Shown here piece by piece: positions 1-10,550 of a DNA stretch of 64,000 bases (the first letter of the stretch is position 1; each line of letters opens with the position of its first letter). The stretch comes from Candidatus Zixiibacteriota bacterium. Lineage in GTDB: Bacteria > Zixibacteria > MSB-5A5 > GN15 > FEB-12. The stretch is from NCBI GenBank assembly GCA_041742355.1, contig JBGSIV010000214.1, positions 554 to 64,553 of the forward strand, read 5' to 3'. Made by a program: the position numbers and the translations under genes. The notes under the pieces are model-generated. The model was not told where the DNA came from. It ran no database searches and worked only from the letters and a program-made list of their open reading frames with translations.

Positions 1-294
1 GTCGCCTCCGGCCTGGCCGAGAAGTGCACCCTACAGATCGCCTATGCCATCGGCGTAGCGGAACCGGTTTCCCTTATGGTCTTTACCGACGGCACCTCTA
101 AGATTCCCGACAGCCGGATCAAGGATCTTATCCGCAAACACTTCGACCTCACCCCCCGCGGCATCATCGAAACCCTGAAACTCCGCCGCCCGATCTACGG
201 CGCCACCGCTGCGTACGGCCACTTCGGCCGCACCGGTCGGGAGTTCACCTGGGAGAAGACCGATGTCGCCAAAGCCCTTGCAAAGGACGCGTAA
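1..294 (+). CDS. metK: S-adenosylmethionine synthetase, C-terminal fragment (5' end lies outside the window)
   Basis: Frame 1 is open from base 1. The translation [32 protein letters not shown]...AAYGHFGR resembles the conserved MetK C-terminal domain. Stop TAA at 292-294. Confidence 0.9.
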   Translation, partial: VASGLAEKCTLQIAYAIGVAEPVSLMVFTDGTSKIPDSRIKDLIRKHFDLTPRGIIETLKLRRPIYGATAAYGHFGRTGREFTWEKTDVAKALAKDA

Positions 295-1560
<1,266 letters not shown>

Positions 1561-1748
1561 CGGGCCATTGCATTCATCGATTAATAGAGAGGGGCGGTCG
1601 TTTTCCTGACTGCCCCCTTCCTTTGCGCGCCAGAAAAAGTGATTGCGCCAACCGGCGCCCGTATCATACATTCATGGACAGTTGATCTCTACATTGACAC
1701 AAAGAACCGAACCTTACCAATGAGTCCCAAGCGTAAACGGAGGAAGAA

Positions 1749-2324
1749 ATGTACAAGCGTATGCTCATGATCTGCGCTATCGCCGTCCTGGCTCTTGGCG
1801 GAGTCGTTGTCGCCCAGCAAGAGGCCCCTCAGGACCAGCAGATGCCCCCGATGGGCCCGCCGGAAGAGATGAAGAAGTGTGCCGCCCTTGTCGGCAACTG
1901 GAATGCCGCCATGCAGATGCGCATGGGCCCCGATGCTCCGTGGGAGGAGTTTCCCGGTACTTCCCGGTACGAACTGGCCCTTGATGGCGGTGCGCTCATG
2001 ATGCACCACGAGGCCACCTTTGCGGGCATGCCGATGCCCTTCCACGGCCTCGGTATTCAGACCTGGGACCGCGAGACCAAACAGTGGCAAATGGTCTGGA
2101 TCGATAACATGGCCTGCCGCACGACGTTGTACACCGGTCCAGCCGAAAAGGACGGCAAGACGGTTGTCACCGGCGAAGAGATGTGGAACGGCATGAAGAT
2201 GATCAGCCGCATCACCACTTACAATGAAAAGCCGGATTCCTTCGACTGGCTCATGGAGACTTCCATGGACGGCGGCCAGACCTGGTTCGAAAGCGGCAAA
2301 GCGACCTACACCCGGGTCAAATAG
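1749..2324 (+). CDS. secreted hypothetical protein (DUF1579-like beta-barrel suspected)
   Basis: 191 aa with an N-terminal signal peptide (MLMICAIAVLALGGVVVAQQ). Motif LVGNWNA is reminiscent of DUF1579. Followed by a strong terminator. Confidence 0.6.
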   Translation: MYKRMLMICAIAVLALGGVVVAQQEAPQDQQMPPMGPPEEMKKCAALVGNWNAAMQMRMGPDAPWEEFPGTSRYELALDGGALMMHHEATFAGMPMPFHGLGIQTWDRETKQWQMVWIDNMACRTTLYTGPAEKDGKTVVTGEEMWNGMKMISRITTYNEKPDSFDWLMETSMDGGQTWFESGKATYTRVK

Positions 2325-2350
2325 TGCCGAACACCAGCGTGCAGATTGCG

Positions 2351-2388
2351 GAAAACGGCGGGAGATGATCCCGCCGTTTTCCTTTTCC
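2351..2388 (+). terminator. rho-independent terminator
   Basis: 13-bp perfect stem GAAAACGGCGGGA/TCCCGCCGTTTTC with loop GATGA, then a T-rich tail CTTTTCCC. Confidence 0.75.
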
Positions 2389-2549
2389 CTCAAGAATCCC
2401 CCGAAATCAGCGGACCGCCGGTAACCCTCGCCTTCCTTTCTCGTAACCAAGGATACATCGATTGAGACTCACCTCGCAGCGACGGTTGCACGGCGCCCTC
2501 ACGCCGCAGCGATCGATGACATGAACGCCAAGAATTCAGGAGATATGTC

Positions 2550-2888
2550 ATGAGATTCAGAGACCATCTCGACGGCCAGATTGCCATCTTTGAGCTGTCG
2601 GGGAAAATAATGGGCGGCAAGGATTCCACGCTCTTTCAGGGTCGCGTGAACGAGTATGTCAACCTCAACCGCAATAACATCCTCGTCGATCTCGGCGGTG
2701 TCCAGTGGACCAACAGCCAGGGGCTCGGAATGCTCATCGGCGCGCTGAAAACGGTGCAACGCACTGGCGGTCGGCTCGCCCTTACGAACATTGAGAGCCT
2801 CCGATCCCTCCTGGCCGTTTCGCGCCTCGCCACCGTTTTCGAACACTTTGACAACCGCGAGGATGCCCTCCGGTCGCTCCGAGGCTGA
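2550..2888 (+). CDS. STAS-domain anti-sigma-factor antagonist (SpoIIAA-like)
   Basis: 112 aa. Typical STAS layout with a candidate phospho-serine context (WTNSQGLGMLIG). No partner kinase or anti-sigma gene is adjacent. Confidence 0.75.
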   Translation: MRFRDHLDGQIAIFELSGKIMGGKDSTLFQGRVNEYVNLNRNNILVDLGGVQWTNSQGLGMLIGALKTVQRTGGRLALTNIESLRSLLAVSRLATVFEHFDNREDALRSLRG

Positions 2889-3077
2889 TGCCGACCGTTC
2901 AAACCGCTAATCCAAACCCCTCCGACCCGCCCCCGCAGGTCGCCGCCGGCTGACTCTTGCCCGATCCGACCCGTATCGGAGCCCTTTTCCTTTTTGATAC
3001 TCCCGCCCCTGACTCGTCTCTATATTGTGACCATACGCTGAACAGCCCTTAGTCAGAACCAGATCTTTGGGGATGTG

Positions 3078-4568
3078 ATGTCAGTTCGACCGGGCCATCA
3101 CAGTTTGCGCCTCATTCTGGCTGCCGCACTCGCGGTGGTTGGCTGTAGCGACCACACCATCGTGACCACCACCGGTCAGTTCGCCGTCGAACGGATCACC
3201 CCGCCCGATAATGGCTGGAATGTCCCGGTCACAGCGCGCATCCAGGTGACGTTCAATCAGGATATCGATCCGGCTTCGGTCACCGATTCCTCGTTCTTCA
3301 TCCACGGCAATGTCAGAGGCGAGATCTCGTGCAATGGCCGCACCGCCACGCTCAAGCCTGCCTACCCGCTGAATTATCAGCAGACCTACAGTGTCTCGAT
3401 CACACCCGACATCACCGCTCGCTCCGGCGAAGCAGTCAAAGAAGGTCTGACCTGGCAATTCACGACGCTTCCCGAGCCACCGACCATTGCCTCGTTCAGC
3501 CCGTCATTCGGCTACCCCGGCGCGGTGATCACCATTCGGGGAACCCGCTTCGGTCCCAACATCTTTCAGAACTTTGTTTTCTTCAGTGGCGTGCGCGCTG
3601 CGCTCCGAACTGCCGATTCGTCGACCATTGTGGCCGTCGTTCCCGAAGGGGCGATCACGGGCCGCATCCGGGTCTCCTGCGTGAACGGCCACGCTACGTC
3701 CGCGACTGATTTCGCCATAATCAAGACCGGTGAAACCTGGCAGGTGCTTGACCCCTCTCCCACCGATCTGACGCTCAACGACGTCGCCTATAACGGCGAA
3801 CGCTTCGTCGCGGTAGGCAACCAGGGAATCGCCATCAGCTCGATCGACGGCGTGCATTGGTCTCGGAGCTACACCGGCACGGACAGCCGCCTTAATGCCG
3901 TCACGTGGACCGGCGAGCGCTTCATCGCGGTCGGCACCGGCGGCAAAGCGATCACCTCCATTTTTGGTGCAGGCTGGTTTTCCGTACCCTGCGACACCGC
4001 CGTTATCCTCAACGATGTCTTTGGCACCAGCCCGGTCGTCGCGGTTGGCGAGGGCGGGGCGATTGTCAGCCTGAACAGGCTGCAGTTCCAGCAGGGCCTC
4101 TTCGAGCGGGGAGAATGGCTCTACGGGGGCGGCTTTCTCGGCAACTACTTCTTTGCCTTCGGCCACCACGGCACCATGCTGCGCGCCCCTGTTTCCGGTG
4201 TCCTCGGTCTGTGGGACCCGGTCGAAACGCCGACCGACGAGCATCTCCTGGATGCGGCGAACTCGCCCGACCTTGCCGTCATTGTCGGGTACTACGGGAC
4301 CATCCTGACTTCGACCGATGCTCTCACGTGGGCCCAGGCCACCTCGGGAACTGCCGAGCACCTTGGCGGTATCACCTTCGACGGCCACGAGTTCGTGTCC
4401 GTCGGTACCGGTGGAGTTGTACTCCGGTCTCGCGACGGCACTGACTGGCGGATGAGCAACTCCGGTGTGGCTACTACGCTTAACGGCATTGCCGGCAGCC
4501 CCGCCCGCTGGGTCGCGGTCGGCGACAGCGGGTTAATTATCATCACACCGCCGGAACCTGGTGAGTAA
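3078..4568 (+). CDS. lipoprotein with an Ig-like (SbsA/Big-type) domain, an IPT/TIG domain and a 7-bladed Asp-box-like beta-propeller
   Basis: Lipobox AVVGC. IPT/TIG-like stretch SFSPSFGYPGAVITIRGTRFG. Seven repeats of the type xFVAVGxxGxIxxSxDGxxW. Confidence 0.7.
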   Translation: MSVRPGHHSLRLILAAALAVVGCSDHTIVTTTGQFAVERITPPDNGWNVPVTARIQVTFNQDIDPASVTDSSFFIHGNVRGEISCNGRTATLKPAYPLNYQQTYSVSITPDITARSGEAVKEGLTWQFTTLPEPPTIASFSPSFGYPGAVITIRGTRFGPNIFQNFVFFSGVRAALRTADSSTIVAVVPEGAITGRIRVSCVNGHATSATDFAIIKTGETWQVLDPSPTDLTLNDVAYNGERFVAVGNQGIAISSIDGVHWSRSYTGTDSRLNAVTWTGERFIAVGTGGKAITSIFGAGWFSVPCDTAVILNDVFGTSPVVAVGEGGAIVSLNRLQFQQGLFERGEWLYGGGFLGNYFFAFGHHGTMLRAPVSGVLGLWDPVETPTDEHLLDAANSPDLAVIVGYYGTILTSTDALTWAQATSGTAEHLGGITFDGHEFVSVGTGGVVLRSRDGTDWRMSNSGVATTLNGIAGSPARWVAVGDSGLIIITPPEPGE

Positions 4569-4723
4569 CTCCCCCTGTTCGGATGACTATGCGCCCTCGG
4601 AAGAACCATGGATTTTTGTTTGTGCCGCCGCCGCCCCCCGGCTATATTTGACCCGAGTTGCAGGCGCGCAAGCCGCGCAGACTGGCCCTCGTTCCAGATG
4701 GATCGGAATGATAAGGAGATACG

Positions 4724-6544
4724 ATGAGTTTTGCGCATAGATCGCTGATTTCCGCCCTCGCCGTCCTGTTCACGATGCTGATTGCATCGTGCGGCGATGA
4801 CGACGATACCGGAACCAATCCAGTCGGCCCCGGAGTGAGCTGGACCATTCAATCGACCGGCACCAGCCAGACTCTTTTCGATGTGGCCCTTAAGGATTCC
4901 CTCTGGGTTGCCGTCGGCGCCGATGGCGTCGTCCTGACTTCCATCGACGTAGAGACGTGGACCGTCCAGCCGACTGACTTCGATCTTGACCTGTACGGTA
5001 TCACGGCCGGCGAAGGACGTTTCGTGGCGGTCGGCCTGCAGGGCTTTATCGTTACCTCTGAAGATGGCGTCAACTGGACGGTCGCCGATTCGGGTGCGAC
5101 GACGTCGTTCTTCTTCGACGTAGCATGGTCGGGTACCGACTTCGTCGCGGTCGGCCAGGGCGGACTCGTCGCCGTCTCCCCCGACGGCCTCACCTGGGAT
5201 ATCGTTCCCACCAAAGTGAATGCTACCCTCTACGGTGTCACCTGGGCTGACTCCCGCTTCACGGCTGTGGGTAACGGCGTCATTCTCTCCATCGAAGACG
5301 TGACGTTCGATACGGGCGACACCATCACGGCCGATCAGGTCCTCGAGTCTCCCGCCGCGGTGCTCTACGACATCGCGCACAATGGCTCTTTCTACATCGC
5401 CGTCGGCCAGAACGGCACCCTGCTTGTGTCGAGCGACGACACCACTTGGGAGACCGGTCTGGACGGCACCAACTCCTATTTCTTCAGCATCGAGTGGTCG
5501 GGGGCGGAATGGGTTGTCGTTGGCGAGAATGGCCTGGAGGTAACCTCTCCCGACGGTGAGGATTGGTCAATCGTCCGCACCGGCGCCAGCGATTTGCGCG
5601 GCCTGGTTTGGGACGGCGCGCAGTACGTCGCCGTCGGCACTGGCGGTGTGATTCTCGTTTCCCCAAGCGGCAGGGACTGGGAAGACCCGCCGTCAGGACC
5701 AAACGCAATCCTCTATGATGTCGCGTTCGGCGATTCGACCTTTGTGGCGGTCGGCGACGACGGCGCCACGTTGCTTTCCTACGACGGCGACATTTGGACT
5801 CTTTGGCCGTCGGGCGTTGATGCTTCTCTGCGCGCCGTCACCTCCGATTCCGAGCAGTTCATTGCCGTCGGTGTCGGTGGCGCGGTCACTGCGTCCGGCG
5901 ACGGGGTTCACTGGACCCCGCAGACGTCCGGCGTTATCGAGCAGCTCAATGCCATTACCTGGTCCGGCACCCGTTTTGTCGCCGTTGGCGACCAGGGGCG
6001 GATCATCTGGTCTGCTGACGGTTCGGCCTGGACCCCGGCTGCCGGCGTTCCGGTCTCCACTCCGCTTCGGGGTGTGACCTGGACCGACGGTCAATTTGTG
6101 GCGGTCGGTGACGCCTCGGTAGTCCTTACTTCAGTCGATGGCGCCACATGGGCCGACCACACGATCGAGTCCGCGACGCCGCTCAATCTGACCGATGTCG
6201 AGTACGTCAACGGCCAACTGGTCGCCGTAACCAGCGGGGGCGAGGTTGCCCTGTCGACGAACGGGACTGCCTGGACCACTTACGAAGTCCGCCCGGGCGA
6301 CACCGCCTCCTATATGCTCAATCGCGTTGTACACAACGGCTCCCGATGGGTCGCTGTCGGTTCTCGCACCGCCAGCTCTACCTCGAGTGCGGTGATCGCA
6401 ACCTTCTATTCGTCAGACGGCATCAACTGGGCGGTCGGCGCCGCCGGACTTGCGGGTGAGCTCCATGGTGTCACCTGGGGCAGGAACCGCTTCGTTACGG
6501 TGGGTCAGGCCAGCGGCGTTGCCTTGATCCTCACCTCGCCGTAA
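4724..6544 (+). CDS. lipoprotein with about 14 Asp-box-like beta-propeller blades (likely a double propeller)
   Basis: Lipobox LIASC. Fourteen repeats such as RFVAVGLQGFIVTSEDGVNWTV. AAGGAG ribosome-binding site upstream. Paralogous to the upstream gene. Confidence 0.75.
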   Translation: MSFAHRSLISALAVLFTMLIASCGDDDDTGTNPVGPGVSWTIQSTGTSQTLFDVALKDSLWVAVGADGVVLTSIDVETWTVQPTDFDLDLYGITAGEGRFVAVGLQGFIVTSEDGVNWTVADSGATTSFFFDVAWSGTDFVAVGQGGLVAVSPDGLTWDIVPTKVNATLYGVTWADSRFTAVGNGVILSIEDVTFDTGDTITADQVLESPAAVLYDIAHNGSFYIAVGQNGTLLVSSDDTTWETGLDGTNSYFFSIEWSGAEWVVVGENGLEVTSPDGEDWSIVRTGASDLRGLVWDGAQYVAVGTGGVILVSPSGRDWEDPPSGPNAILYDVAFGDSTFVAVGDDGATLLSYDGDIWTLWPSGVDASLRAVTSDSEQFIAVGVGGAVTASGDGVHWTPQTSGVIEQLNAITWSGTRFVAVGDQGRIIWSADGSAWTPAAGVPVSTPLRGVTWTDGQFVAVGDASVVLTSVDGATWADHTIESATPLNLTDVEYVNGQLVAVTSGGEVALSTNGTAWTTYEVRPGDTASYMLNRVVHNGSRWVAVGSRTASSTSSAVIATFYSSDGINWAVGAAGLAGELHGVTWGRNRFVTVGQASGVALILTSP

Positions 6545-6570
6545 GTCAGTGGTGCAAAGATAAACAGAAG

Positions 6571-6611
6571 ACGCGGCCGGTGGATCTCACCGACCGCGTT
6601 TGTATTTCTAT
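6571..6611. terminator. hairpin terminator between convergent genes
   Basis: 12-bp stem ACGCGGCCGGTG/CACCGACCGCGT with one mismatch, followed by TTGTATTTCTAT. Confidence 0.55.
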
Positions 6612-6665
6612 CGAAAGAGAGTCACGGTTCCGAACGCTCACAGCATTCGAACCAACGGGCTCTGG

Positions 6666-7172
6666 TCACACTTCCGGCGCCGGCGCTCCGTACTGGGCCC
6701 ACTCCTCCTTCGAAGGGCCATAAATCCCCGGCACCCGGAGGCCCGCCTGACGCATCAGCACCGTCATCTGCCCGCGGTGGTGAATCTGGTGATTGATGAG
6801 CACCTGCAGGGTGAACCCGCGTTTCCACCGCTCACCATACAGATCATCTTCCACCATCAGCCCCTTGTCATCCCACTTGGCGCCGACCGCTTCCGCCAAC
6901 GCCGCCGCCAGCACGCTGTAGGCCCCGGCGATTTCCTTGGCTTTCGCCGGAACCGGCGCTTCCGGGCTGATAAGGTGGTTCAGCTTCAACCCGGTATGCG
7001 TCATCATCTCCACAACCGTCGTGCAGATATGCCAGGCAACTCGACCAAGCGTGCGATGATCGTCCGCCACCGCCTGCTTGAGTGATTCATCAGTCAGCAC
7101 GTCCAGCATCGCCTGCATCTTCTCTGATTCAAACTTCCAACTCTTCAGAAAGTCGTCCACTGAACGGTACAT
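6666..7172 (-). CDS. DinB-family metal-dependent protein
   Basis: 168 aa. DinB-type His motifs (VAWHI..., NHQIHHRGQ). AAGGAG ribosome-binding site. Confidence 0.75.
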   Translation of the reverse strand: MYRSVDDFLKSWKFESEKMQAMLDVLTDESLKQAVADDHRTLGRVAWHICTTVVEMMTHTGLKLNHLISPEAPVPAKAKEIAGAYSVLAAALAEAVGAKWDDKGLMVEDDLYGERWKRGFTLQVLINHQIHHRGQMTVLMRQAGLRVPGIYGPSKEEWAQYGAPAPEV

Positions 7173-7225
7173 GAGAAACTCCTTTACAGTCTATAATAGT
7201 ACTGGGCAGTAGTGCTATCGCCATC

Positions 7226-8185
7226 TCACCTGGCCCGCTTCACGAGCGGATCGTTGTCGAGCACCCCTTCGATCGCCGCGAGAGTATCATCGGAAAGAAC
7301 TATGTCCGCCGCCATCACATTTTCCTCCAACTGGCTCACACTGGTGGCGCCGATGATGGCACAACTCGCCTCCGGCCGTCGAAGCACCCACGCGAGCGCC
7401 AGCTGGCCGGTCGTGATCCCCAGACCCTCAGCCAACCCGGTCAATTGACGGACCTTTGCCACATTCGCCTCGGTCATTTCCGGCTTCAGCCACATCGACG
7501 TCTGTCCGCGGCTCCCCTCAGGGATTCCCACATTATACTTGCCGGTCAGCAGTCCCTGCGCCAGCGGCGACCACACGACCAACCCCATGCCATTCTGGGC
7601 GCAGGTCGGAATGATCTCGGGTTCTATGTGACGATCCAGCATATGGTAGCGCGGCTGCTCCACCGCCGGCCCATACGCCTGGTACTGCCGGGCGATCCCC
7701 AGTGCCCGCTCGATCTGGGACGCTTCCCAAACCGAGGTTCCCCAGTAGAGGATCTTGCCTTGGTGGACCAGGTCATCCATTGCCCGCACAGTCTCCTCGA
7801 TCTCTGTCTCCGGGTCGAAGCGGTGGCAGAAGTACAGGTCGAGGTAATCGACGCCCAGACGGCGGAGGCTCCGCTCAACCGATTCCATTATGTGCTTGCG
7901 TGACAAGCCCCTATCGTTGGGGTTGTCCGACATGGGCCAGAAAAGTTTGCTTGATATGACGAGATCCCCCCGGCGGTGGTCCTTAAGAATTTGTCCGATA
8001 ACCTCTTCCGCTCCACCTCGGGCATACGCGTCAGCCAAATCGATGAAGTTGACTCCCAGCTCGATGGCCCGGCGGACGATGGGCTGTGTCCGCTCGGCTG
8101 CCACTGCTCCCCCGTATGTGAGCCATGCTCCAAGGGCTATCTCCGAAACCTTCAAGCCGCTCCGACCTACCCGCCGGTATTTCAT
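7226..8185 (-). CDS. aldo/keto reductase (Kv-beta/Tas-like)
   Basis: 319 aa. N-terminus MKYRRVGRSGLKVSEIALGAW and AKR-family motifs throughout. Confidence 0.85.
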   Translation of the reverse strand: MKYRRVGRSGLKVSEIALGAWLTYGGAVAAERTQPIVRRAIELGVNFIDLADAYARGGAEEVIGQILKDHRRGDLVISSKLFWPMSDNPNDRGLSRKHIMESVERSLRRLGVDYLDLYFCHRFDPETEIEETVRAMDDLVHQGKILYWGTSVWEASQIERALGIARQYQAYGPAVEQPRYHMLDRHIEPEIIPTCAQNGMGLVVWSPLAQGLLTGKYNVGIPEGSRGQTSMWLKPEMTEANVAKVRQLTGLAEGLGITTGQLALAWVLRRPEASCAIIGATSVSQLEENVMAADIVLSDDTLAAIEGVLDNDPLVKRAR

Positions 8186-8391
8186 ATCCTACTCCAGACT
8201 GTCAGAATGATGTTGTAATCTGCTCGAAAGTACGAAAAAGCGACGTCACAGGCAAACTCCATCTACGATTCTCCGGTTGTCACTAGGCCGGCCGGGTGAA
8301 TACGTTCTTGAGCCCCGCGCGGGAATCCGTATATTGCTCACCCGGCCCGTCCGCGAGAACCCCTCCGGAAGGACCCTGAACTGGAAGGTGC

Positions 8392-9132
8392 ATGGAACAG
8401 CAGATAGATCGAAATTCGGACCAACCGGCTCTCCCGTCCAAGGGAGAGTCGCCGCGCATGTTTGACCGGATCGCTCATCGTTACGACCTGATCAACCGCG
8501 TTTTGACATTTCGCATGGATGTGGGATGGCGGCGCGCCCTCGGCCGGCAGTTCCCGGGCCACGCCGACCTGGCGATTCTCGATGTCGCCACCGGTACCGG
8601 CGATGTCCTCCTGTTTACGCTCGAGCGCCACCGCAATATCGGACTCGCTGTTGGCCTCGATGTCGCCCCGCGCATGATGCAATTCGGCGTGGACAAAGCC
8701 CGCCGCCAGGGGATGGCCGGTCGCGTGCAGTTCGTGCAGGGGGATGCCCTCGCTCTTCCCTTCGCCGACAACTCCTTCGACGTCGTCACCATCAGCTTTG
8801 GGATTCGCAACGTCACCAATGTCCCGGTGGCCCTGGCCGAAATGCGGCGCATCCTCAAGCCGTCCGGCAAGGCTCTCATACTCGAGTTTTCCTTCCCGAA
8901 GAACCGCGTCCTGCGCGCTGCTTACCTGGCCTACCTGCGACACGTACTGCCGCGTGTCGGTGGCCTGCTTTCGGGGGATGCTATCCCGTACCAATATTTG
9001 GACAAAACAGTCGAGGGTTTCCCGTACGGCGAGCAATTCTGCACCATTATGACCGCTTCCGGCTTCGAGGAGGTTCGGCAGACCCCTCTGACTTTCGGCA
9101 TCGCCACTGTTTACAGCGGGGCGAAAAAGTGA
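8392..9132 (+). CDS. ubiE: demethylmenaquinone methyltransferase (UbiE/MenG)
   Basis: FDRIAHRYDLINRVLTF plus SAM motif ILDVATGTGD. The start could instead be the ATG at 8458. Confidence 0.85.
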   Translation: MEQQIDRNSDQPALPSKGESPRMFDRIAHRYDLINRVLTFRMDVGWRRALGRQFPGHADLAILDVATGTGDVLLFTLERHRNIGLAVGLDVAPRMMQFGVDKARRQGMAGRVQFVQGDALALPFADNSFDVVTISFGIRNVTNVPVALAEMRRILKPSGKALILEFSFPKNRVLRAAYLAYLRHVLPRVGGLLSGDAIPYQYLDKTVEGFPYGEQFCTIMTASGFEEVRQTPLTFGIATVYSGAKK

Positions 9133-9155
9133 TATCGTGAGCGCATCCGATTGAA

Positions 9156-10550
9156 ATGAAGATTATGCCAACCGCATCTGCCGATATGAGCACCCTGGAT
9201 CCGGCCACAGCTATCGCGGGACTGGGCGAGAAGATCGTTCACGCCCTGCGCGACGCTACTGGCCGTGAACAGCATGTTGTTCGGGTCGAAGTCCCTGTCG
9301 GCGCGACGGACCCATCCGCATGGCTTGCGGCGCAACGCCCGGGCCGACGCTCTTACTGGTCTGATCGCGACCGCGCCATCGCTCTCGCCGGTGTCGGTTC
9401 CGCCATGACTCTGGCCCTGAACGAACAGATCGGACTGCAGGACCTGTTCAGCCGGATTCGATCCCTGCTGGCCGACAGTTCCACTGACACTCGGTTCTTC
9501 GGCGGCCTCCGCTTCGACGGCACCCGCCCGATCGCCGAACACTGGCGGACCTTCGGCCCGGGGCAGTTCATCCTGCCCCGCTTTGAACTGGTGGCCCGCG
9601 GCGACACGGCCGTTCTCGCCGCCAACCTGGTGCTGCCCGATGATCAGGGCCGGGCCGATGAAATCCTGTTCGCCCTGAGGCAGATCACGTGCGACAGGCC
9701 CCGCCCCGGAACCGGACAACACAGCATCCGCAGTCGCATCGACAACCCCCGGCGCGAACTCTGGTTGGCCCAGGTGCAGGAGGCGATCGACTCGATAGGC
9801 CGGGGCGAAATAGACAAAGTCGTACTCGCTCGGGAAAGTCAGTTCGACCTCGAGCAGCCGGTCGACCCGATTGCCCTCATCGCCGCTTTGCAGGCGGCGT
9901 CCCCACACTGCTATGTGTTCTGTTTCGAACCGGCTGACCAGACCGCTTTCATCGGAGCCTCCCCCGAACAGCTGTATCGCAGAGACGGCCGTCTGGTCCG
10001 AAGCGAAGCTCTCGCGGGTACCCGTCCCCGCGGCGCCGACGATGACGAAGACCGCCATCTCGGTGAGAAACTCATGAACAGCCGGAAGGAGGCTCGCGAA
10101 CACGCATTTGTCGCCAACGCCGTCCGTCACGTCCTCGCCGAGCGCTGCCGCTCTCTCCGGGGCGGCGACGAGCGCTCCCTCGTCAGGCTGGCCCGCGTCC
10201 AGCACCTCATCACTCGCTTCGAGGGTCAGCTCAATGACAGGACGACCGACGCCGATCTGATCGAGGGCCTCCATCCCACTCCGGCAGTCGGCGGCGTTCC
10301 GACGCACACAGCCAGGGCGAAGATCCGCGACCTCGAGACTTTTGACCGCGGCTGGTATGCCGGCCCGATCGGGTGGGTTTCCCGCGATTCCGCCGAATTC
10401 GCCGTCGGCATTCGCTCCGCCCTCGTCGGGCGCGACACTCTTCGGCTGTTTTCCGGCGCGGGTATAGTCGAGGGCTCCCATCCGGACAAAGAATGGGACG
10501 AAATCGAAAATAAGATCTCCGGGTTCCTCAAATTGATAGCGACCACATGA
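9156..10550 (+). CDS. menF: isochorismate synthase
   Basis: Chorismate-binding C-terminal motifs (AVGGVPT...RGWYAGPIGW). Its position heads the men genes. Confidence 0.85.
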   Translation: MKIMPTASADMSTLDPATAIAGLGEKIVHALRDATGREQHVVRVEVPVGATDPSAWLAAQRPGRRSYWSDRDRAIALAGVGSAMTLALNEQIGLQDLFSRIRSLLADSSTDTRFFGGLRFDGTRPIAEHWRTFGPGQFILPRFELVARGDTAVLAANLVLPDDQGRADEILFALRQITCDRPRPGTGQHSIRSRIDNPRRELWLAQVQEAIDSIGRGEIDKVVLARESQFDLEQPVDPIALIAALQAASPHCYVFCFEPADQTAFIGASPEQLYRRDGRLVRSEALAGTRPRGADDDEDRHLGEKLMNSRKEAREHAFVANAVRHVLAERCRSLRGGDERSLVRLARVQHLITRFEGQLNDRTTDADLIEGLHPTPAVGGVPTHTARAKIRDLETFDRGWYAGPIGWVSRDSAEFAVGIRSALVGRDTLRLFSGAGIVEGSHPDKEWDEIENKISGFLKLIATT

